From positions 7,606-52,745 of the forward strand of contig CAYSBD010000001.1 of assembly GCA_964429175.1 (NCBI GenBank): 45,140 nucleotides of DNA. The letters are read 5' to 3'. Positions within the stretch are counted from its first letter, which is position 1; every line of letters starts with the position of its first letter. The position numbers and the translations under genes are program-made. The notes under the pieces are model-generated. The model had not been told where the DNA came from. It saw nothing but the letters and a program-made list of their open reading frames with translations, and searched no databases. This document shows positions 1-10,631 of this stretch, piece by piece. This DNA comes from an uncultured Marinosulfonomonas sp. GTDB lineage: Bacteria > Pseudomonadota > Alphaproteobacteria > Rhodobacterales > Rhodobacteraceae.

Positions 1-31
1 CGAATTTTTGGTTTCCCGTTATCGCTGTCAT
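1..31 (-). CDS. Possible 5' end of a gene running off the left edge (MTAITGNQKF...)
   Basis: Minus-strand ATG at 31-29 preceded by an AAGGAA SD-like sequence; only 10 codons visible. Confidence 0.35.
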   Translation of the reverse strand, partial: MTAITGNQKF

Positions 32-397
32 GCCTGCATTCCTTCAAAACACAAAATTCTGCGCGCACGGCTTTTGTTGTTTTAAATACTCTGGTTAGGC
101 TAAGGAGCTGCTCGCCTCACCTGATTTATAAAAATTGGCGTTTTCGCGCTCTGGGTTTAGAATATATGCAGCCTGATTCATTTGCAACCAAAGCGCTTTG
201 AAAACACGGGTTTCATTAACCAAGTGGCAAATATGCACATCCAGCAACCGCCAAAACCGGCTCAAGGCCCGAAACAGGGCCTGTTGTGGTAACAATATTC
301 CAAAAACAGTGCCATTTGCGACATTTTGCCAAAATTGCGGTTGACGGGCATTTGCGCCACTTCTAATGTCCAACAGATAATTCAAGGAACTTTAGGC

Positions 398-445
398 ATG
401 AACCCACTACTTGTCATTGTAAAAGATACGCGCATGGGTCTGTAA
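398..445 (+). CDS. ilv attenuator leader peptide MNPLLVIVKDTRMGL
   Basis: 15-codon ORF with AAGGA SD and a Leu-Leu-Val-Ile-Val run, directly upstream of alternative hairpins and acetolactate synthase; absent from the ORF track. Confidence 0.85.
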   Translation: MNPLLVIVKDTRMGL

Positions 446-495
446 CGGACAACCAGATCAACACCCATGCGCCTCCGAAATTCGGGGGCTTTTTT
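430..495 (+). promoter_or_regulatory. Transcription attenuator (antiterminator/terminator) of ilvIH
   Basis: GCGCATGGGT (430-439) is complementary to ACCCATGCGC (463-472), which overlaps the start of the terminator stem GCCTCCGA-AAT-TCGGGGGC followed by T6 (471-495). Confidence 0.85.
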
Positions 496-545
496 ATGAC
501 CGGAACACCGTTTATGGCTAGGATAAAAGCAGCGGAGAGATAAAA

Positions 546-2300
546 ATGGCACCTCAAATGAGCGGCGCAAAAATGGTAATGCAGGCCTTGAAGGATCAGG
601 GCGTCGATGTGATTTTCGGCTATCCCGGTGGTGCCGTGCTGCCGATTTATGACGAGATATTCCAGCAAAACAAAATCCGCCACATTCTGGTGCGCCACGA
701 GCAAGCCGCGCTGCATGCCGCCGAAGGTTACGCGCGCTCGACCGGCAAACCCGGCGTGGTTTTGGTAACCTCTGGACCCGGAGCCACCAACGCGGTCACC
801 GGTTTGACCGATGCCTTGATGGACAGCATCCCGCTGGTGGTTTTATCCGGCCAAGTGCCCACATTCATGATCGGAAATGACGCGTTTCAAGAGGCCGACA
901 CCGTTGGCATCACGCGCCCCTGCACCAAACATAACTGGCTGGTCAAAGACACCAACGATCTGGCCCGCATTATTCATCAGGGCTTTCATCTGGCCACGAC
1001 AGGGCGCCCCGGCCCGGTGTTGATCGACATTCCCAAAGACGTGCAATTTGCCGAGGGCGATTATACGCCTCCAAAAAAGGTGGATAATTCGCGTTATCAG
1101 CCACAAGTCAAAGGCGATATCGAGGCCATCACCGCCTTGGCCGAGCTGATCGAAAAAGCCGAGCGCCCGATCCTTTATACCGGCGGTGGTGTGGTTAATT
1201 CCGGCCCCGCCGCCAGCCAGCTTCTGATCGAGCTGGCCCATGCCACTAATATTCCGGTGACCTCGACTTTGATGGGGTTGGGCTGCTATCCGGCCTCGGG
1301 CAAAAACTGGCTGGGGATGCTGGGGATGCACGGGCTGTATCAGGCCAATCTGGCGATGCACGGCTGCGATCTGATGATCAATATCGGCGCGCGATTTGAT
1401 GACCGTATCACCGGCCGCGTCGAAGATTTCAGCCCCGGATCAGTCAAGGCCCATATCGATATTGACCCCTCGTCGGTGAATAAAATCATTCCGGTTGATC
1501 TGCCGATCATCGGCGATGTTGGTCATATTCTGGAAGATCTGCTGAAGGTTTGGAAATCACGCGGGCGTAAAACCAACAAGGCGGCCATGAAAAAATGGTG
1601 GGGGCAGATCGAGGAATGGAAGGCTGTGGATTGTCTTGCCTATGAGCAGGTCGGCCAAATTATCAAACCGCAATACGCGCTGGAACGTCTGCAAGCATTG
1701 ACGGCAAAACACGACCGCTACATCACCACCGAAGTTGGCCAGCACCAGATGTGGGCGGCGCAGTTTTTGGGCTTTGAGCAACCAAACCGTTTGATGACAT
1801 CGGGCGGTCTGGGCACGATGGGCTACGGGCACCCCGCATCATTGGGCGTGCAACTGGCCCATCCCGACGCGCTGGTGATCAATGTTTCCGGCGAGGGATC
1901 GTGGCTGATGAACATGCAGGAAATGGGCACGGCGGTGCAATATAAATTACCCGCCAAGCAGTTTATTTTAAACAACGAGCGCCTTGGAATGGTGCGCCAA
2001 TGGCAGGAATTGCTGCACGGCGAACGTTATTCCGCCACATGGCAAGAGGCGCTGCCCGATTTTGTCAAACTGGCCGAAGCCTTTGGTGCCAAGGGCATTC
2101 GTTGCTCGGATCCGGCCGATCTGGATGATGCAATTATGGAAATGATCAACCACAACGGGCCGGTGATATTTGACTGTCTGGTGGAAAAACACGAAAACTG
2201 TTTTCCGATGATACCGTCGGGTTCCCCCCATAATGAAATGCTGATGGGTGACGCCGATACCCAAGGTGTGATCGGTAAATCCGGCGCCGTTCTGGTTTAA
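546..2300 (+). CDS. ilvI: Acetolactate synthase large subunit
   Basis: FGYPGGAVLPIYD, RHEQ, TSGPGATN, VGQHQMW, SGGLGTMG and GE(D)GS...NN ThDP motifs; 584 aa. Confidence 0.97.
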   Translation: MAPQMSGAKMVMQALKDQGVDVIFGYPGGAVLPIYDEIFQQNKIRHILVRHEQAALHAAEGYARSTGKPGVVLVTSGPGATNAVTGLTDALMDSIPLVVLSGQVPTFMIGNDAFQEADTVGITRPCTKHNWLVKDTNDLARIIHQGFHLATTGRPGPVLIDIPKDVQFAEGDYTPPKKVDNSRYQPQVKGDIEAITALAELIEKAERPILYTGGGVVNSGPAASQLLIELAHATNIPVTSTLMGLGCYPASGKNWLGMLGMHGLYQANLAMHGCDLMINIGARFDDRITGRVEDFSPGSVKAHIDIDPSSVNKIIPVDLPIIGDVGHILEDLLKVWKSRGRKTNKAAMKKWWGQIEEWKAVDCLAYEQVGQIIKPQYALERLQALTAKHDRYITTEVGQHQMWAAQFLGFEQPNRLMTSGGLGTMGYGHPASLGVQLAHPDALVINVSGEGSWLMNMQEMGTAVQYKLPAKQFILNNERLGMVRQWQELLHGERYSATWQEALPDFVKLAEAFGAKGIRCSDPADLDDAIMEMINHNGPVIFDCLVEKHENCFPMIPSGSPHNEMLMGDADTQGVIGKSGAVLV

Positions 2301-2325
2301 GCTCTGGTTTAAGAAAGGTTTATAA

Positions 2326-2892
2326 ATGTCTGCTTTAAATATAAAAAAAGGCTCGTCATCGCATTCGGCCTATGATCTGCGAAACCCAAATGCCGATGTG
2401 AGCGAAAGCCACACTTTGGCCATCACCGTTGATAACGAGACCGGCGCGTTGGCGCGGGTGATCGGGCTGTTTTCAGGGCGCGGCTATAACATCGAAAGCC
2501 TGACGGTGGCCGAAATTAACGAGCAATCGCGCCAATCGCGCATCACCATCGTCACCAAAGGCACGCCCCAAGTGATCGAGCAAATCAAGGCACAGCTGGG
2601 CCGGATTATTCCGGTGCACAAGGTGAATGATCTGACGGTTGACGGTCCCCATATTGAGCGCGAACTGGCGCTGTTCAAGGTTGCCGGCAGCGGCGATAAA
2701 CGCGTTGAAGCCCTGCGGCTGGCCGATATTTTCCGCGCCAATGTGGTGGATTCCACCCTTGAAAGTTTTGTTTTTGAAATGACCGGAACCAGCGAAAAAA
2801 TCGACGCCTTTGCCGATCTGATGCGCCCGCTGGGCCTGATTGAAACCGCCCGAACCGGTGTGGCCGCTATTGCGCGCGGCAACCCCCAATAA
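2326..2892 (+). CDS. ilvH: Acetolactate synthase small (regulatory) subunit
   Basis: ACT domain DNETGALARVIGLFSGRGYNIESLTV, ERELAL, ARTG; follows ilvI. Confidence 0.96.
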   Translation: MSALNIKKGSSSHSAYDLRNPNADVSESHTLAITVDNETGALARVIGLFSGRGYNIESLTVAEINEQSRQSRITIVTKGTPQVIEQIKAQLGRIIPVHKVNDLTVDGPHIERELALFKVAGSGDKRVEALRLADIFRANVVDSTLESFVFEMTGTSEKIDAFADLMRPLGLIETARTGVAAIARGNPQ

Positions 2893-2902
2893 ACGGCGCA
2901 AT

Positions 2903-2945
2903 AAAAGAGGCCCCGGGTTAAGGCACTGGGGTTTTCGGGGCCTCT
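2903..2945. terminator. Hairpin/terminator between ilvH and the convergent EF-hand gene
   Basis: AGAGGCCCCG...CGGGGCCTCT inverted repeat with an A-run on the left (U-tail on the minus strand). Confidence 0.6.
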
Positions 2946-3040
2946 CTCATATTCCAAAGCGCTGCAATGCTCTGGAAAAAATCACGGGCCGGTTCGCCAA
3001 ACTTGCTGCAAATCAGCAAACCGACCTGTGATATTTATGC

Positions 3041-3280
3041 TTAGGTTGGCAGCAAACCTGCCTCCTGCGCCAGTTTCAATTCATCCGCATCAACCGCACC
3101 ATCGGCATTGGTATCAATCGCCATAAAGGCTGCTTCGGTCATATCCGGATAGGCCGCCAGCAGTTCATTATACGACAATAGCCCGTCGCCATCGGCATCG
3201 ATTTCACTTTGGGCGCTCATGGCTGTTGCGGTAACTGTCAAGGCCAGAACGGCTGCGGTTTGGATTAAAATATTTTTCAT
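3041..3280 (-). CDS. Small secreted EF-hand protein (79 aa)
   Basis: True start is likely the ATG at 3280 with AAAGGAG SD; signal peptide MKNILIQTAAVLALTVTATAMSA; two EF-hand loops DADGDGLLSYNE and DTNADGAVDADE. Confidence 0.88.
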   Translation of the reverse strand: MKNILIQTAAVLALTVTATAMSAQSEIDADGDGLLSYNELLAAYPDMTEAAFMAIDTNADGAVDADELKLAQEAGLLPT

Positions 3281-3340
3281 CTCGTAGTCTCCTTTGGCTT
3301 TCGCCGGTTGCGTCAAAAGGCACAGTTTTGCGCCTTCAAT

Positions 3341-3370
3341 TACAAGAGGCCCCGGCGCTGCATTTATTCC
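3341..3370 (-). promoter_or_regulatory. Candidate ECF sigma promoter for the EF-hand gene
   Basis: Minus strand reads GGAATA-N16-CTCTTGTA about 60 nt upstream of the start; GGAAT-type -35 elements are typical of ECF sigmas. Confidence 0.4.
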
Positions 3371-3545
3371 GCCGCTTCTGCGCAGATCGCCAAAACAGCT
3401 AAAACCCGCAAATCCCCGCCGAACAAGATTGCCATTTCTTGCGGAAACCAGCCCAAAAAGCCCTATTTTTCTTAAGTGGCAACAATCCCCCGTATTGCCG
3501 ACAACCACCGCCTGCGCCAACATAACATGACAAAAGGAGACAAAT

Positions 3546-4055
3546 ATGAACGCAGATATAAAGACGGCCCCCCATGATCTGGTCCACTTGATGCCCGCTC
3601 TAACACGTCTTGCCCGCATTCTGGCCCCGCGCCCGGATCTGGCCGAGGATCTGGCACAGGACGCCCTGCTGCGGGTTTTGGCCCGGCTAAACAAGGGTGC
3701 AGAAATTGATGACCTGCGCCCCTATTTGATGACTACATTGCGCAACAGCTGCACAAAATGCGCCCCGCAAGATCAGGAACTGACAGAGCAAAACAGCCCC
3801 AGCCATGACGGCGAAATCTGGCCGCGTTTTGCCTGTGCCGATGTGGCCGATGCAATATCGCGCCTACCCGATGAGCAAGCCGCCTTGTTGCGTTTGCTGG
3901 CCTTGCACGGCGCAAGTTACGCAGAGCTGGCCGCGGCGTTCAAGTTGCCGATCGGCACGGTGATGTCGCGCATCTCGCGGGCGCGTGCCCAGCTGCGCGG
4001 CGAATTGGGTCTGCCAAAATCCAGCGCGGTCGAGATGCTGCTGCCGGATGCTTAA
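3546..4055 (+). CDS. ECF (sigma-70 group IV) RNA polymerase sigma factor
   Basis: Region 2 AEDLAQDALLR and region 4 SYAELAAAFKLPIGTVMSRISRAR; AAAAGGAG SD. Confidence 0.92.
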   Translation: MNADIKTAPHDLVHLMPALTRLARILAPRPDLAEDLAQDALLRVLARLNKGAEIDDLRPYLMTTLRNSCTKCAPQDQELTEQNSPSHDGEIWPRFACADVADAISRLPDEQAALLRLLALHGASYAELAAAFKLPIGTVMSRISRARAQLRGELGLPKSSAVEMLLPDA

Positions 4056-4068
4056 ATGCGGCACGCAG

Positions 4069-4094
4069 AAAAACGGGGCACCCGAAGGCACCCC
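4069..4094 (-). terminator. Intrinsic terminator of nrdJ
   Basis: Minus strand GGGGTGCC-TTCG-GGTGCCCC followed by GTTTTT (UUCG tetraloop). Confidence 0.75.
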
Positions 4095-4229
4095 AGTTTC
4101 GCTGATCAGGCTCGTGATTATACCGCCCGGTTTATTTTTTGCCTGCGGCCTGATCCGCGTCGAGGGCGAGCGCACCCGCCCCGGAACTTTGCGATTTTTC
4201 CAAATATTTACTTGGAAATAGATCGCGTC

Positions 4230-7200
4230 TTAACTACACCCGCTGGTCCCCCCGCAAGTGTTGCATTTCATACAAGTGCCGTTGCGCACCAATGTGTAAT
4301 TGCCGCAATCACCACAAGGATCACCCTCGTAGCCCTGCATTTTTGCCTTGGCGCGCGGGTCAATATCGGTGCTGGCTACAGCCGCTAGCGTGGTGTTCGC
4401 CGCCGCTTCCGGCACCAGCGTTTGCAACACCGCCACAGGATCCGTGCCAGCCTCGAGCGCAACCGTGCCCGCCTGCGCCGCCATGCCGCCCTGCAATACG
4501 ATCAATTGCTGCGGAACCCGCTTGCGTAAATACCCCGTCGAGGAAATTTGTTTTAACACTTCCAATGACTTACTGGCCGCAGATCGGCTAACTTGGGTGA
4601 TGTTTGACGCGCTCGCATCCTTGCCTTCATCTTCGCCCTGCCCAACATCATCAAAACACGCGCCTTGGGGTTTGACATGGGCCAGATCGGTGCGGTCCAG
4701 ATAGGAAACGGCCAATTCGCGGAAAATATAATCAAGGATCGACGTGGCATTTTTGATGCTGTCATTACCCTGCACCATGCCGGCTGGCTCGAATTTGGTG
4801 AAGGTGAAAGCATCGACAAATTCCTCGAGCGGCACTCCGTATTGCAGCCCCACCGAAATCGCGATGGCGAAATTATTCATCATGGCGCGAAAACCCGCAC
4901 CCTCCTTGTGCATGTCGATAAAAATTTCACCCAGCTCGCCATCTTCATATTCGCCGGTGCGCAAATAGACTTTATGCCCGCCGACATTGGCTTTTTGGGT
5001 GTAACCCTTGCGCCGTTGCGGCAATTTTTCGCGGTGGCTGCGCACGCTTTCCTTGACCACAACCTTTTCAATCAGCTTTTCAGCCAAAACAATCGCTTTT
5101 TCCTGCTGGCTGCCGCTTTCGAAAATCTCTTCGGCCTCTTCGTCATCCTCGATCAAAGCCGCGGCCAAAGGTTGGCTCAGTTTTGATCCGTCACGATAAA
5201 GCGCATTGGCTTTGACGCCCAAAGACCAGCTTAGCTCATAGGCTTTTTGGCAATCTTCGATGCTGGCATCATTGGCCATGTTAACCGTTTTGGAAATCGC
5301 ACCCGAAATAAACGACTGTGCCGCGGCCATCATGAGAATGTGACTTTCGACCGAAAGATAGCGTTTGCCGCGTTTACCACAAGCATTGGCGCAATCGAAA
5401 ATACTGTAATGTTTGGTGTCCAGATGCGGCGCGCCTTCCAGCGTCATGGTGCCGCAAACATGGTCATTGGCAGCATCGATATCGGCGCGCGAATAACCCA
5501 GATGACGCAGCAAATCAAACGACGGATCATTCAGCTTTTCGGCCGGAATTCCCAGCGTTTTGGCGCAGAAATCCTCGCCCAAAGTCCATTGGTTGAAAAC
5601 AAAACGGATATCAAAAGCCGAAGGCAGCGCGGCTTCGACTTTATCCAGCTCGGCCTGACCAAAACCATGGCCGATCAAGGATGTGTGGTTAATGCCCGGC
5701 GCGTTGCCGATGCTGCCGTGACCCACGGCATAAGCCACGATTTCTTCGATCTGGGCCGATCCGTAACCCTGTTTTTCAAGGGCTGCGGGCACCGAACGGT
5801 TGATGATTTTGAAATAACCGCCACCGGCCAGTTTTTTAAATTTTACCAGTGCGAAATCAGGCTCGATTCCGGTGGTGTCGCAATCCATCACCAAACCGAT
5901 GGTGCCGGTCGGCGCAACCACAGAAACCTGCGCATTTCTAAAGCCGTGTTTTTTACCCAGCTCCAGCGCTTCGTCCCACGCCGTTTTCGACAAGGCCACC
6001 AAACGTTTATCGGGGCAGTTGGCGTGATCCAGCGCAACCGGTTTTACCGCCAGTTTTTCATAGCCCGATGTCTTGCCATACGCTGCATTTCGATGATTTC
6101 GGATCACCCGCAACATGTGATCGGCGTTGCGCGCATAACCGGAAAACGCGCCCAGCTCACCGGCGATTTCAGCCGAAGTGGCATAAGAAACGCCGGTCAT
6201 AACCGCGCTTAAAGCACCACAAAGCGCGCGCCCCCCATCGCTGTCATACGAGTAGCCCATATTCATCAGCAAACCGCCGATATTGGCATAGCCCAGACCC
6301 AAGGTTCTGAAATCATAGGATAATTGCGCAATTTCTTTGCTGGGGAACTGCGCCATTGTCACCGAAATTTCCAGTGTCAGCGTCCACAGGCGGGTGGCGT
6401 GCATGTAATCTTCGGCCTGAAATTCGCCATCTTTCAGGAAAGTCAGCAAATTCATCGAGGCCAGATTACAGGCCGTATCATCCAGAAACATATATTCCGA
6501 ACACGGGTTCGAGCCGCGAATTTCGCCATCCTCGGGGCAAGTGTGCCACGCGTTAATCGTGTCGTGATATTGGATGCCCGGATCGGCACAGGACCACGCG
6601 GCATGGCCAACCTGCTCCCACAAATCGCGCGCCTTGATGGTTCTGGCAACCTTGCCATCGGTGCGGTTTAGCAGATCCCAGTCGGCATCATCCTTGACGG
6701 CTTGTAAAAACGCATCCGTTACGCGGATCGAATTGTTGGAATTCTGGCCCGAAACCGAGCTGTAGGCCTCGCTATCCCAATCGGTGTCATAGGTCGGAAA
6801 TTCAATCGCGGTGTAGCCTTGTTTGGCGTAATCCAGCACCCGTTTAACGTAGGTTTCAGGGATCGAAACCTTCTTGGCTTTGCGGATGGCCGATTTCAAA
6901 CTGTCGTTCACTTTGGGGTCAACCGCAGCCTCGATTTTGCCGTCCCACGCCTTGATGGCGGCAAAAATTTCGTTCAGGCGTTCTTCGTGCATTTTCGATC
7001 CGGCCACGATCGAGGCAACCTTTTGCTCTTCGATTACTTTCCAGTTGATGAATTCCTCGATATCGGGATGGTCCGCGTCACAGATCACCATTTTGGCCGC
7101 GCGCCGTGTGGTGCCGCCCGATTTGATCGCGCCCGCCGCCCGATCGCCGATTTTCAAAAAACCCATCAACCCCGAGGAGCTGCCGCCGCCCGAAAGCGAT

Positions 7201-7928
7201 TCTCCGGAAGCGCGCAGCGATGAAAAATTGGTGCCAGTGCCCGAGCCGTATTTAAACAGACGTGCTTCGCGCACCCATAAATCCATGATGCCGCCATCGC
7301 CGACCAGATCATCGGCGACCGACTGGATAAAACAGGCGTGCGGCTGGGGATGCTCGTAAGAGGATTTGGATTTGGTCAGTTTGCCGGTTTTATAATCGAC
7401 ATAATGGTGCCCCTGGGCCGGCCCGTCGATGCCGTAAGCCCAGTGAATTCCGGTGTTGAACCATTGCGGGCTGTTTGGCGCGCCGCGCTGGGAGGCCAAC
7501 ATGTGGCGCATTTCGTCATAATAAGCGCGCGCATCTGATTCGGAGGAAAAATAGCCGCCCTTCCAACCCCAATAAGCCCAAGTTCCTGCCAAACGGTTAA
7601 AAACCTGCTTGGCCGAGGTCTCGCCGCTAACGCGTTCATCTTCGGGCAGCTCTGCCAGCGCTTTTTCATCGGCAACCGAACGCCACAAAAACTCTGGCAC
7701 ATTCTTTTCGCGCACCTTTTTAAGGCACGCAGGCACGCCGGCTTTGCGGAAATATTTCTGGGCAATCACATCCGAGGCCACCTGGCTCCAGGTTGCGGGA
7801 ACAACGCAGTTATCCAAAAGGAACACGATAGTACCGTCAGGGTTGCGTATCTCGGAGGTTGTGGTGGTAAATTCAAGATCAGCATATGCGCCTTGACCGG
7901 ATTTTGTGAACTTGCGCTCGATTTTCAT
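4230..7928 (-). CDS. nrdJ: Class II (adenosylcobalamin-dependent) ribonucleotide reductase
   Basis: [22 protein letters not shown] catalytic motif, APTGTI, C-terminal CxxC...CxxC; 1232 aa as in alphaproteobacterial NrdJ. Confidence 0.97.
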   Translation of the reverse strand: MKIERKFTKSGQGAYADLEFTTTTSEIRNPDGTIVFLLDNCVVPATWSQVASDVIAQKYFRKAGVPACLKKVREKNVPEFLWRSVADEKALAELPEDERVSGETSAKQVFNRLAGTWAYWGWKGGYFSSESDARAYYDEMRHMLASQRGAPNSPQWFNTGIHWAYGIDGPAQGHHYVDYKTGKLTKSKSSYEHPQPHACFIQSVADDLVGDGGIMDLWVREARLFKYGSGTGTNFSSLRASGESLSGGGSSSGLMGFLKIGDRAAGAIKSGGTTRRAAKMVICDADHPDIEEFINWKVIEEQKVASIVAGSKMHEERLNEIFAAIKAWDGKIEAAVDPKVNDSLKSAIRKAKKVSIPETYVKRVLDYAKQGYTAIEFPTYDTDWDSEAYSSVSGQNSNNSIRVTDAFLQAVKDDADWDLLNRTDGKVARTIKARDLWEQVGHAAWSCADPGIQYHDTINAWHTCPEDGEIRGSNPCSEYMFLDDTACNLASMNLLTFLKDGEFQAEDYMHATRLWTLTLEISVTMAQFPSKEIAQLSYDFRTLGLGYANIGGLLMNMGYSYDSDGGRALCGALSAVMTGVSYATSAEIAGELGAFSGYARNADHMLRVIRNHRNAAYGKTSGYEKLAVKPVALDHANCPDKRLVALSKTAWDEALELGKKHGFRNAQVSVVAPTGTIGLVMDCDTTGIEPDFALVKFKKLAGGGYFKIINRSVPAALEKQGYGSAQIEEIVAYAVGHGSIGNAPGINHTSLIGHGFGQAELDKVEAALPSAFDIRFVFNQWTLGEDFCAKTLGIPAEKLNDPSFDLLRHLGYSRADIDAANDHVCGTMTLEGAPHLDTKHYSIFDCANACGKRGKRYLSVESHILMMAAAQSFISGAISKTVNMANDASIEDCQKAYELSWSLGVKANALYRDGSKLSQPLAAALIEDDEEAEEIFESGSQQEKAIVLAEKLIEKVVVKESVRSHREKLPQRRKGYTQKANVGGHKVYLRTGEYEDGELGEIFIDMHKEGAGFRAMMNNFAIAISVGLQYGVPLEEFVDAFTFTKFEPAGMVQGNDSIKNATSILDYIFRELAVSYLDRTDLAHVKPQGACFDDVGQGEDEGKDASASNITQVSRSAASKSLEVLKQISSTGYLRKRVPQQLIVLQGGMAAQAGTVALEAGTDPVAVLQTLVPEAAANTTLAAVASTDIDPRAKAKMQGYEGDPCGDCGNYTLVRNGTCMKCNTCGGTSGCS

Positions 7929-8137
7929 GTGTTGCTGCCCTATTATTCACCGCCAAACTGCGGCGTTATTTACTATTACATAAGCCCATAAAACGGGCCT
8001 TTCGCCAAACTTGTGCCTTGCCAAATACTTAGCCAAAAAACAAAAACCAGTCCGCCAAAATCACGTTATTTGCGCATTTTAGCTGTTGAAACCCTTACAA
8101 GTCACATAAACAAAATCTTTACCTTTTCGCCCTAAGA

Positions 8138-8185
8138 TCACTAAATCTAGTGGTCGCATCGGCTAGCTCCCACAATGTGGAGTAT
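8138..8185. promoter_or_regulatory. Tandem NrdR boxes upstream of nrdJ
   Basis: TCACTAAATCTAGTGG (8138-8153) and CCACAATGTGGAGTAT (8170-8185) resemble acaCwAtATaTwGtgt and start 32 bp apart. Confidence 0.8.
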
Positions 8186-8573
8186 CACGCCCCATTAGGT
8201 CAACTTTTATATTTAGTTTTCCACAGCATTTTTCTATTGACCTTTAATTTCGAAATTTTTTCTTTTTGTTATAAAATTTATTCATTCAAAATGGCGCTCG
8301 GCTGCCCTGAATTCATACAAGGCATCGATCCGGGGAATTTATTCTTTATATCGGCAGACTTATTTGAAAAGCCTCAGATACAGCATGAAGATTCATTAAG
8401 ATTAACACCGGCAAAGTTAAACTCGGGGAAATCAGAAATAATGATTCTTTGATCAGATAAAATTGCCCCACAACCTCAAGGTGTTTACACGATGCAGCCC
8501 GCCCTGCCCCAACCCAAGCGTGCGCCAAATATCACCATCACATCCAATGGTATGTAATATTAATGAGTGGTGG

Positions 8574-8650
8574 TGGTCGGGACGGCAAGATTCGAACTTG
8601 CGGCCTACGGTACCCAAAACCGTCGCGCTACCAGGCTGCGCTACGCCCCG
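8574..8650 (-). tRNA. tRNA-Pro (anticodon TGG)
   Basis: 77-nt cloverleaf CGGGGCGTAGCGCAGCCTGGTAGCGCG...TTTGGGT...GTTCGAATC...CCCGACCA with encoded CCA. Confidence 0.97.
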
Positions 8651-8743
8651 AACTGACGCCTCTAATATATAGGCTTTCCGGTAATGAAAACCCCTAGAAT
8701 GCGCTCTTTTCAACGAGATGCGATTATTATTGTGCCAAGCCCC

Positions 8744-9217
8744 TCATGGGCACGGCCAAAGCGCGATCTTACGATCAAGGCCGGGATGTCGCAACTGGCT
8801 GCCAATGCTGATTCCCAACCCTTTGGCCATGCCGCCGTTGATTTCAAGCACCATCAAGACACCATCGCCGCCATCAATCAGGGTTTCATCCAAAGGCTGG
8901 GCGTTATGTTTGATGCCCAAAACCCGACCGCTGTGATCAATAAAAACCAGATCCAGCGCAATCAGCGTATTTCGCATCCAGAAACGGGCGTGTTGGGGCG
9001 AATCGTAAATGAACAACATGCCCGAACTGGCCGCCAGACGTTCACGAAACATTAAACCTTGGGCGCGTTCATGATCATCATCCGCCAGCTCGACCGTGAA
9101 ATGGGCCTGCCCCCAGTCACCGCGTAAATCAACCGCGTCCGGGCTGCACACCGTGGTCTGCGCTGCGACGGCCCCGACATTTAATACCAATATTATGCCT
9201 GATAAAAAAGCCCTCAT
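8744..9217 (-). CDS. DUF192 family exported protein
   Basis: VELAD...RAQGLMFR...GMLFIY...[16 protein letters not shown]...VLEINGG motif series; signal peptide. Confidence 0.9.
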   Translation of the reverse strand: MRAFLSGIILVLNVGAVAAQTTVCSPDAVDLRGDWGQAHFTVELADDDHERAQGLMFRERLAASSGMLFIYDSPQHARFWMRNTLIALDLVFIDHSGRVLGIKHNAQPLDETLIDGGDGVLMVLEINGGMAKGLGISIGSQLRHPGLDRKIALWPCP

Positions 9218-9753
9218 TCATCATCCTGAAAAGAAGCATCCCACGACAAAACCTGAGACGCCATAATGCCGCGCTCGCCTTCAACCACACGCAAGCAAAC
9301 AGCCTCGCCCGGCTGCAAATCAGCCAAACCAGAGCGGCGCAGCACCTCGACATGCACAAAAATATCAACAGAGCTACCGAAAACATTGGCAAAACCAAAG
9401 CCCTTGGTCTTGTCAAACCACTTCACCCGCGCCGGCTCCAATTCAGAGCTATCCGGGTCATCAAATAGCTGAAAATCATCGAATTCGGCGCCTTCTAACA
9501 CCGCAGGCGGATCAATGCGTAAAATTTCGGTGGTTTGCATGCCGCGCTCGGTTTCCTGCACCAAAATATCGACCCTAGCCTGATCGGCAACCGAACTTTG
9601 GCCGAAATTACGCAGCACATTTGCGTGCAGCAAAATATCGGGGCCGCCATCATCAGACAACACAAAACCAAAACCCTTGCCCGGATCAAACCATTTGACG
9701 ATTCCGGTAACCCGTTTTTCTTCTGTAATTTCTTCTGTAATTTCTTGGTCCAT
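9214..9753 (-). CDS. Cold-shock domain protein with two CSDs
   Basis: Two copies of VKWFD..KGFGF with DILLH/DIFVH RNP2. Confidence 0.93.
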   Translation of the reverse strand: MDQEITEEITEEKRVTGIVKWFDPGKGFGFVLSDDGGPDILLHANVLRNFGQSSVADQARVDILVQETERGMQTTEILRIDPPAVLEGAEFDDFQLFDDPDSSELEPARVKWFDKTKGFGFANVFGSSVDIFVHVEVLRRSGLADLQPGEAVCLRVVEGERGIMASQVLSWDASFQDDE

Positions 9754-9887
9754 CTTTTACTCTTAAGTTTTGCAATTGGCATTGCAAGATTCGCTTTTAC
9801 GGGTGCGTCAGCTCGTTTTGACAGACCACCTTTGTGATGCAAGTAAAAAAAATCAACCATTTAGAGAACAATATCACGTTTAAACTT

Positions 9888-10493
9888 TTACGGGTAAAGC
9901 CGCTGGATTTCCCAGCCATGCTCTGGCGTTTTCCGGTGCCAGACAAACCGGTCATGCAAGCGAAAGGCACCGTCTGCCCAGAACTCTATTTCGTCTGGAA
10001 TAATCCGGTAGCCCCCCCAAAACGGCGGGCGGGCAGGATTCGCTCCGTGAAGAGCAGTAGCCTTTGCAGCCGCCGCCATCAAGCCTGTTTTTGAGGCAAG
10101 CGGGCGCGATTGTTTGGACACCCAGGCCCCAAGCTTGCTGTGCAGCGAGCGCGAGGCAAAATAAACATCCGCCTGTGCGTCGTTAATCTTTTCAACCGAA
10201 CCACGCACGCGTATTTGGCGACGCAAGGTTTTCCAGTGCATTACAAAAGCAGCTTTTGACGATGCCGCAATTTCCCCGGCCTTGGCGCTTTCATAATTCG
10301 TATAAAAAACAAAGCCCTCCGGCTCAATATCCTTTAGCAGAACCATGCGCACATTGGGCATTCCATCGGCATCTGTGGTTGCCAACGCAATCGCATTCGG
10401 ATCATTTGGCTCCGACGATTCGGCCTCGCGCAGCCATTTCTGCACGATCTTGAACGGATCATCGCCTGCAAATTTTCCTAATCTCTTAACCAT
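9888..10493 (-). CDS. pdxH: Pyridoxamine 5'-phosphate oxidase
   Basis: [39 protein letters not shown]. Confidence 0.96.
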   Translation of the reverse strand: MVKRLGKFAGDDPFKIVQKWLREAESSEPNDPNAIALATTDADGMPNVRMVLLKDIEPEGFVFYTNYESAKAGEIAASSKAAFVMHWKTLRRQIRVRGSVEKINDAQADVYFASRSLHSKLGAWVSKQSRPLASKTGLMAAAAKATALHGANPARPPFWGGYRIIPDEIEFWADGAFRLHDRFVWHRKTPEHGWEIQRLYP

Positions 10494-10631
10494 TGTGTTT
10501 CCCTATAATCGCTGCGCAATATCCCCAGATTACTATAAAGACAACCTGTCTGAAAGTCAGCACAGGCTTGATGCAGCCCGCACAATCCCCTAAGGGTTGC
10601 TTTTTATATCAAAATCGGTGGAAGGCATAAA

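Noticed and set aside
3041-3280. Lanmodulin (lanthanide-binding protein) assignment for the EF-hand protein
   Set aside because: Only two EF hands, no Pro at loop position 2, and no xoxF/lut genes nearby
3281-3694. N-terminal extension of the 217-aa ORF 3041-3694
   Set aside because: Overlaps the ECF sigma gene; SD and signal peptide place the real start at 3280
4140-4229. Possible REP-like or miniature element between nrdJ and its terminator
   Set aside because: Only weak dyads and no second copy in the window
4230-7928. Intein or intron in the long nrdJ
   Set aside because: Length is normal for alphaproteobacterial NrdJ; no splice-junction or LAGLIDADG motifs seen
8150-8713. Short ORFs around tRNA-Pro (8150-8452, 8453-8713, 8463-8672)
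   Set aside because: They overlap the NrdR boxes or the tRNA, have atypical composition and show no motifs
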